A DNA stretch of 34,439 bases. Origin: a virus (taxonomy: Duplodnaviria > Caudoviricetes). The first letter of the stretch is position 1; the number at the start of each line of letters is the position of its first letter. Position numbers and translations under genes: made by a program. Under the pieces are notes generated by a model. The model searched no databases. It was given only the letters and a program-made list of their open reading frames with translations, and was not told where the DNA came from. Positions 31,389-34,439 of this stretch are shown here, in pieces. The stretch is from positions 1 through 34,439 of the IMG/VR virus record IMGVR_UViG_3300036783_000034; one strand, given 5' to 3'.

Positions 31389-33947
31389 ATGGCTGGGAAA
31401 AATCTCGGTACACTGACAATCGACCTCATCGCAAAAACGGGTGGATTTGTTTCAGGTCTTAATCAGGCAGAACGAGCTTCAGCAAAGTGGAGCAAACAAG
31501 TTCAGGAGGATGCCGCAAAATCCGGTGCTGCGCTCGCAGGAATTGGGGCGGCAGCTGTTACCGCTGGTCTTGCTGTCGGGGCGGCAGGGTTTCAGTTGCT
31601 GAAAAGCACATCCAAGCAAATTACCGAAACCGACCGATGGGCCAAGTCCTTAAGGATTTCCACACAGGAGCTTTTGGCCTGGCAATTTGCCGCTGAAAAA
31701 GCCGGTGTTTCCGGTGACCAGATGGCTGATATTTTCAAAGATATCGGCGACAAGATTGGTGACGCGGTTCTGAACAAATCTGGCGAAGCTGTTGATGCGC
31801 TGAATGCTTTAGGGTTGTCAGCTGAGAAATTATCCAAAGTTAGTCCAGATAAACAACTTCTGGCAATAGGTGAGTCGCTTGGGAAAATCGGCACCAATGC
31901 CGAGAAGACAACTATCCTTGAAAGCCTGGGAAATGATCTGTCCAAACTGCTACCACTGTTTGATAACAACAACGAAAAACTTAAGCAGTTTATTGACCTG
32001 GCTAAGGACTACGGTGTTGCTCCCGATCCTTCGTCAATTGACGACCTGGTAAAGGTAAACCAGTTATTCGAAGACATGGAAGCTCAGGTTGCTGGCCTGA
32101 AGATGGAGATTGCTGCAGGTCTGGCAAAAGTCGACCTGACTCCACTGCAAAATTCTCTCGATAAGCTTCATGACGTATTAACAGATCCGGTTGTCCTGCA
32201 GGGAATTTCTGATCTCGTTTCTGAAGTCGCTCAGCTTGCCGGTTGGTTAGTGAAGGCGGCGGCTGGTGCTGGAAAGTTGGCAGCCAGTACAGGGAACAGA
32301 TTTGCGGTCTTAGGAGGAAAAGTTGACCTGAGTAATATCGAACAGGTTAATGAAAGGATTGAATACCTGCAAAAAAATCTTGAGGGAAGGAAAGATGTTT
32401 ACTCTCAGGATAAGTCCATGTTCGCCTGGTTAACAGGTGGCGATGATAGCGTCAAGAAACTCAATGATGAGTTAAACACTCTCATTGAAACACGAAAAAA
32501 ACTCTCACAACCACCGTCCGGTAATCTCCCGCTTGCTGCTGCCACTGTGGGAACAGGAGGACCATTTGCACTGCCTAAGGGTGGCACAAACGGTAAAGTT
32601 ACTCCTGATGCTGGTGCTAAAAAACTTGAGTCAGCATTCAAAGCACTTGAGACAAGCTATCAACGGCAGATCGCTTTAATTGATGTCACCGGAAAGAAAA
32701 ATCAGGAAGTTACTGAGGTTGAAAAGCTTAGGTTTGATTTAACAACCGGAAAACTGACGGGAATTAATGCCGCTCAGCAAGAAAGGCTTCAGCAGTTAGC
32801 CACTGAACTTGACAGACTGAATGCGCTTAAGAAAGCCAACGAAGAAAACCTGAAGTTAGCAGAGTTCTCTGCCAATCTCCGAAAGCAGAACCAAAATGAT
32901 AAGGCTGCAAATGATGCCGAATTCGTTGGTGCTGGGATGGGAGCGAAAACCCGCCAGCGTATGCAGGAGTTGCTGGATATCCAGAATGGATTCCTTGAGA
33001 AACAGGCCGACCTGCAGAAGCAATATCAAAGCGGGGATATAACAAAGTCTCTTTATGACAGCGAGACACAGGCCCTGCAGGATGCTCTTAATGAACGCCT
33101 GGAAATTCAGGAGGATTATTATCAGAAGTCTGATGAAAAAATGGGTGACTGGCAAAGTGGCATATTTGATTCACTGAATGAATATGCTGAAAAGTCATCC
33201 GACTATTATCAGATTGCTGCGGATGGCATGACATCCATCCTTGATGGCGCCACTTCTTCAATTGCCGACAACCTTCAGGAATTAATTACTGGTGCTGAAG
33301 ATATCGGGGATTTCTTCAGTAACATCTTTGCAGACCTTGGCCAACTGGTTATCAAAACCTTAACTGAAATGGCTGCGCAGTGGTTAGTTTACCAGGGTGT
33401 TCAACTACTCGTCGGTAAAACAGCGCAGGCATCTGCAGCTGGAACACTTATTGGTAATGCTCAGGCGACATCCTTTCAGGCTCAGCTAGCAGCATATGCA
33501 TCCACAGCAGCAATCCCTATTGTTGGTCCAGCATTGGCTCCTGCATCAATGGCGGCAGCCGCTGCTATTACTGCTCCTCTGGTTGCAGGTGTCAGTGTAT
33601 CCGCACTTTCTGGTATGGCGCACGATGGTATCGATAGCGTGCCTGAAACCGGAACATGGCTGTTGCAGCAAGGTGAGCGCGTTACTACGGCGAAGACCAG
33701 CGCAAAACTGGATGCAACGCTTGACCGGGTAAATAAGCAAACCAGTGAGGGCAATGGGGGAACATACGCACCTCAGATTTATGTGAATGGTGATCCTGAT
33801 GCCAGAACAATCGAGATGCTAAAGCAAGCTGTAAGGGAGGGAGCTCAGCTCGGCTATAAGATGGTGAATGACGATCTAGCCAGCGGGAAAGGTAAGACAT
33901 CTAAATCGCTTTCTGGTGGCTGGGGAGTAAGGAGAAAGGCTGGCTAA
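31389..33947 (+). CDS. Tail tape measure protein
   Basis: 852 aa, Ala-rich and helical; LGTLTIDLIAKT start; GMAHDG...GERV C-terminus. Confidence 0.92.
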   Translation: MAGKNLGTLTIDLIAKTGGFVSGLNQAERASAKWSKQVQEDAAKSGAALAGIGAAAVTAGLAVGAAGFQLLKSTSKQITETDRWAKSLRISTQELLAWQFAAEKAGVSGDQMADIFKDIGDKIGDAVLNKSGEAVDALNALGLSAEKLSKVSPDKQLLAIGESLGKIGTNAEKTTILESLGNDLSKLLPLFDNNNEKLKQFIDLAKDYGVAPDPSSIDDLVKVNQLFEDMEAQVAGLKMEIAAGLAKVDLTPLQNSLDKLHDVLTDPVVLQGISDLVSEVAQLAGWLVKAAAGAGKLAASTGNRFAVLGGKVDLSNIEQVNERIEYLQKNLEGRKDVYSQDKSMFAWLTGGDDSVKKLNDELNTLIETRKKLSQPPSGNLPLAAATVGTGGPFALPKGGTNGKVTPDAGAKKLESAFKALETSYQRQIALIDVTGKKNQEVTEVEKLRFDLTTGKLTGINAAQQERLQQLATELDRLNALKKANEENLKLAEFSANLRKQNQNDKAANDAEFVGAGMGAKTRQRMQELLDIQNGFLEKQADLQKQYQSGDITKSLYDSETQALQDALNERLEIQEDYYQKSDEKMGDWQSGIFDSLNEYAEKSSDYYQIAADGMTSILDGATSSIADNLQELITGAEDIGDFFSNIFADLGQLVIKTLTEMAAQWLVYQGVQLLVGKTAQASAAGTLIGNAQATSFQAQLAAYASTAAIPIVGPALAPASMAAAAAITAPLVAGVSVSALSGMAHDGIDSVPETGTWLLQQGERVTTAKTSAKLDATLDRVNKQTSEGNGGTYAPQIYVNGDPDARTIEMLKQAVREGAQLGYKMVNDDLASGKGKTSKSLSGGWGVRRKAG

Positions 33948-34417
33948 TGGCAATTACAACCAACATTACTTATCCGCACGATTATCTTCCCGTTCCTCTT
34001 CAGGATGGATACGGATTAAAACCAGTAAGCCCTCTACTTCGCACCACGTTAACATCAGGAAGAGCCAGGCAGCGACGTCGTTATATGTCTACCCCGACTA
34101 TGGCAAGTGTTACCTGGACGCTTACCGAGATGCAGGCCCAGACGTTTGAAACATGGTTCAGAGATGCTTTAACTGATGGGACTGCATGGTTCAACATGAA
34201 CCTTCGCACTCCGGGAGGTGAATCACCAAAGGTCTGCAGGTTCACGGATATCTACGATGGACCGAGTCTCATCGGAGGTAATTACTGGCAGTACACCGCC
34301 GAGCTTGAGCTATATGAACGTCCTCTGCTACCGCCTCCATGGGGACAATTCCCGGAGTTTATTGCAGGTATGGATATTATCGATCTTGCTCTTAACAGGG
34401 AGTGGCCAGAAGCATGA
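33947..34417 (+). CDS. Minor/distal tail protein
   Basis: Coupled after the tape measure gene; GRARQRRRY...FETWF. Confidence 0.75.
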   Translation: MAITTNITYPHDYLPVPLQDGYGLKPVSPLLRTTLTSGRARQRRRYMSTPTMASVTWTLTEMQAQTFETWFRDALTDGTAWFNMNLRTPGGESPKVCRFTDIYDGPSLIGGNYWQYTAELELYERPLLPPPWGQFPEFIAGMDIIDLALNREWPEA

Positions 34418-34439
34418 CTGTGCTGAACAGGCTTTATGC
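34414..34439 (+). CDS. Next tail gene, 5' fragment (MTVLNRLY...)
   Basis: ATGA overlap with the previous stop; truncated by the window. Confidence 0.55.

Larger units (their letters stand above)
34..34439. mobile_element. Lambdoid prophage integrated at leuZ; left boundary approximate, right end beyond window
   Basis: Integrase adjacent to a tRNA 3' end, followed by immunity, replication, lysis, head and tail modules in lambdoid order. Confidence 0.95.

Noticed and set aside
31244-31462. 72-aa plus-strand ORF between chaperone and tape measure genes
   Set aside because: The gap is explained by the -1 frame gpT sequence ending at 31385

Overview
The window holds the left ~34 kb of an apparently intact lambdoid (Siphoviridae-type, cos/HK97-fold) prophage. 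It is inserted at the 3' end of an enterobacterial cysT-leuZ tRNA locus. Module order: attL; integrase and excisionase; a leftward early operon (Eaa/DUF550, Ead/Ea22, Lar, Zn-finger and ParB-like genes, with no recognisable N or Red/RecET genes); a structured PL leader containing a DicF-like hairpin and a phage tRNA-Arg(UCU); a TerB-like/BRCT moron; cI/cro/YmfL; replication and nin-like genes; Q; an AT-rich moron; lysis genes (two holin-type genes, GH19 endolysin, spanins); a moron zone; HNH, cos and terminase; a protease-capsid fusion; portal; a repeat/CBM-like head protein; and tail genes cut off at the window end. The best candidate for an undescribed system is a soluble three-domain glycosyltransferase cassette coupled to the packaging genes. 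It sits behind a leader that could pair with and hide its RBS, and a Pro/Thr-repeat head-module protein is a possible substrate, suggesting virion glycosylation. Other strong leads are several unannotated structured RNAs and a dispersed GUGCAG-loop hairpin placed before several regulatory genes. All family assignments come from motif recognition by eye; no searches or folding programs were run.
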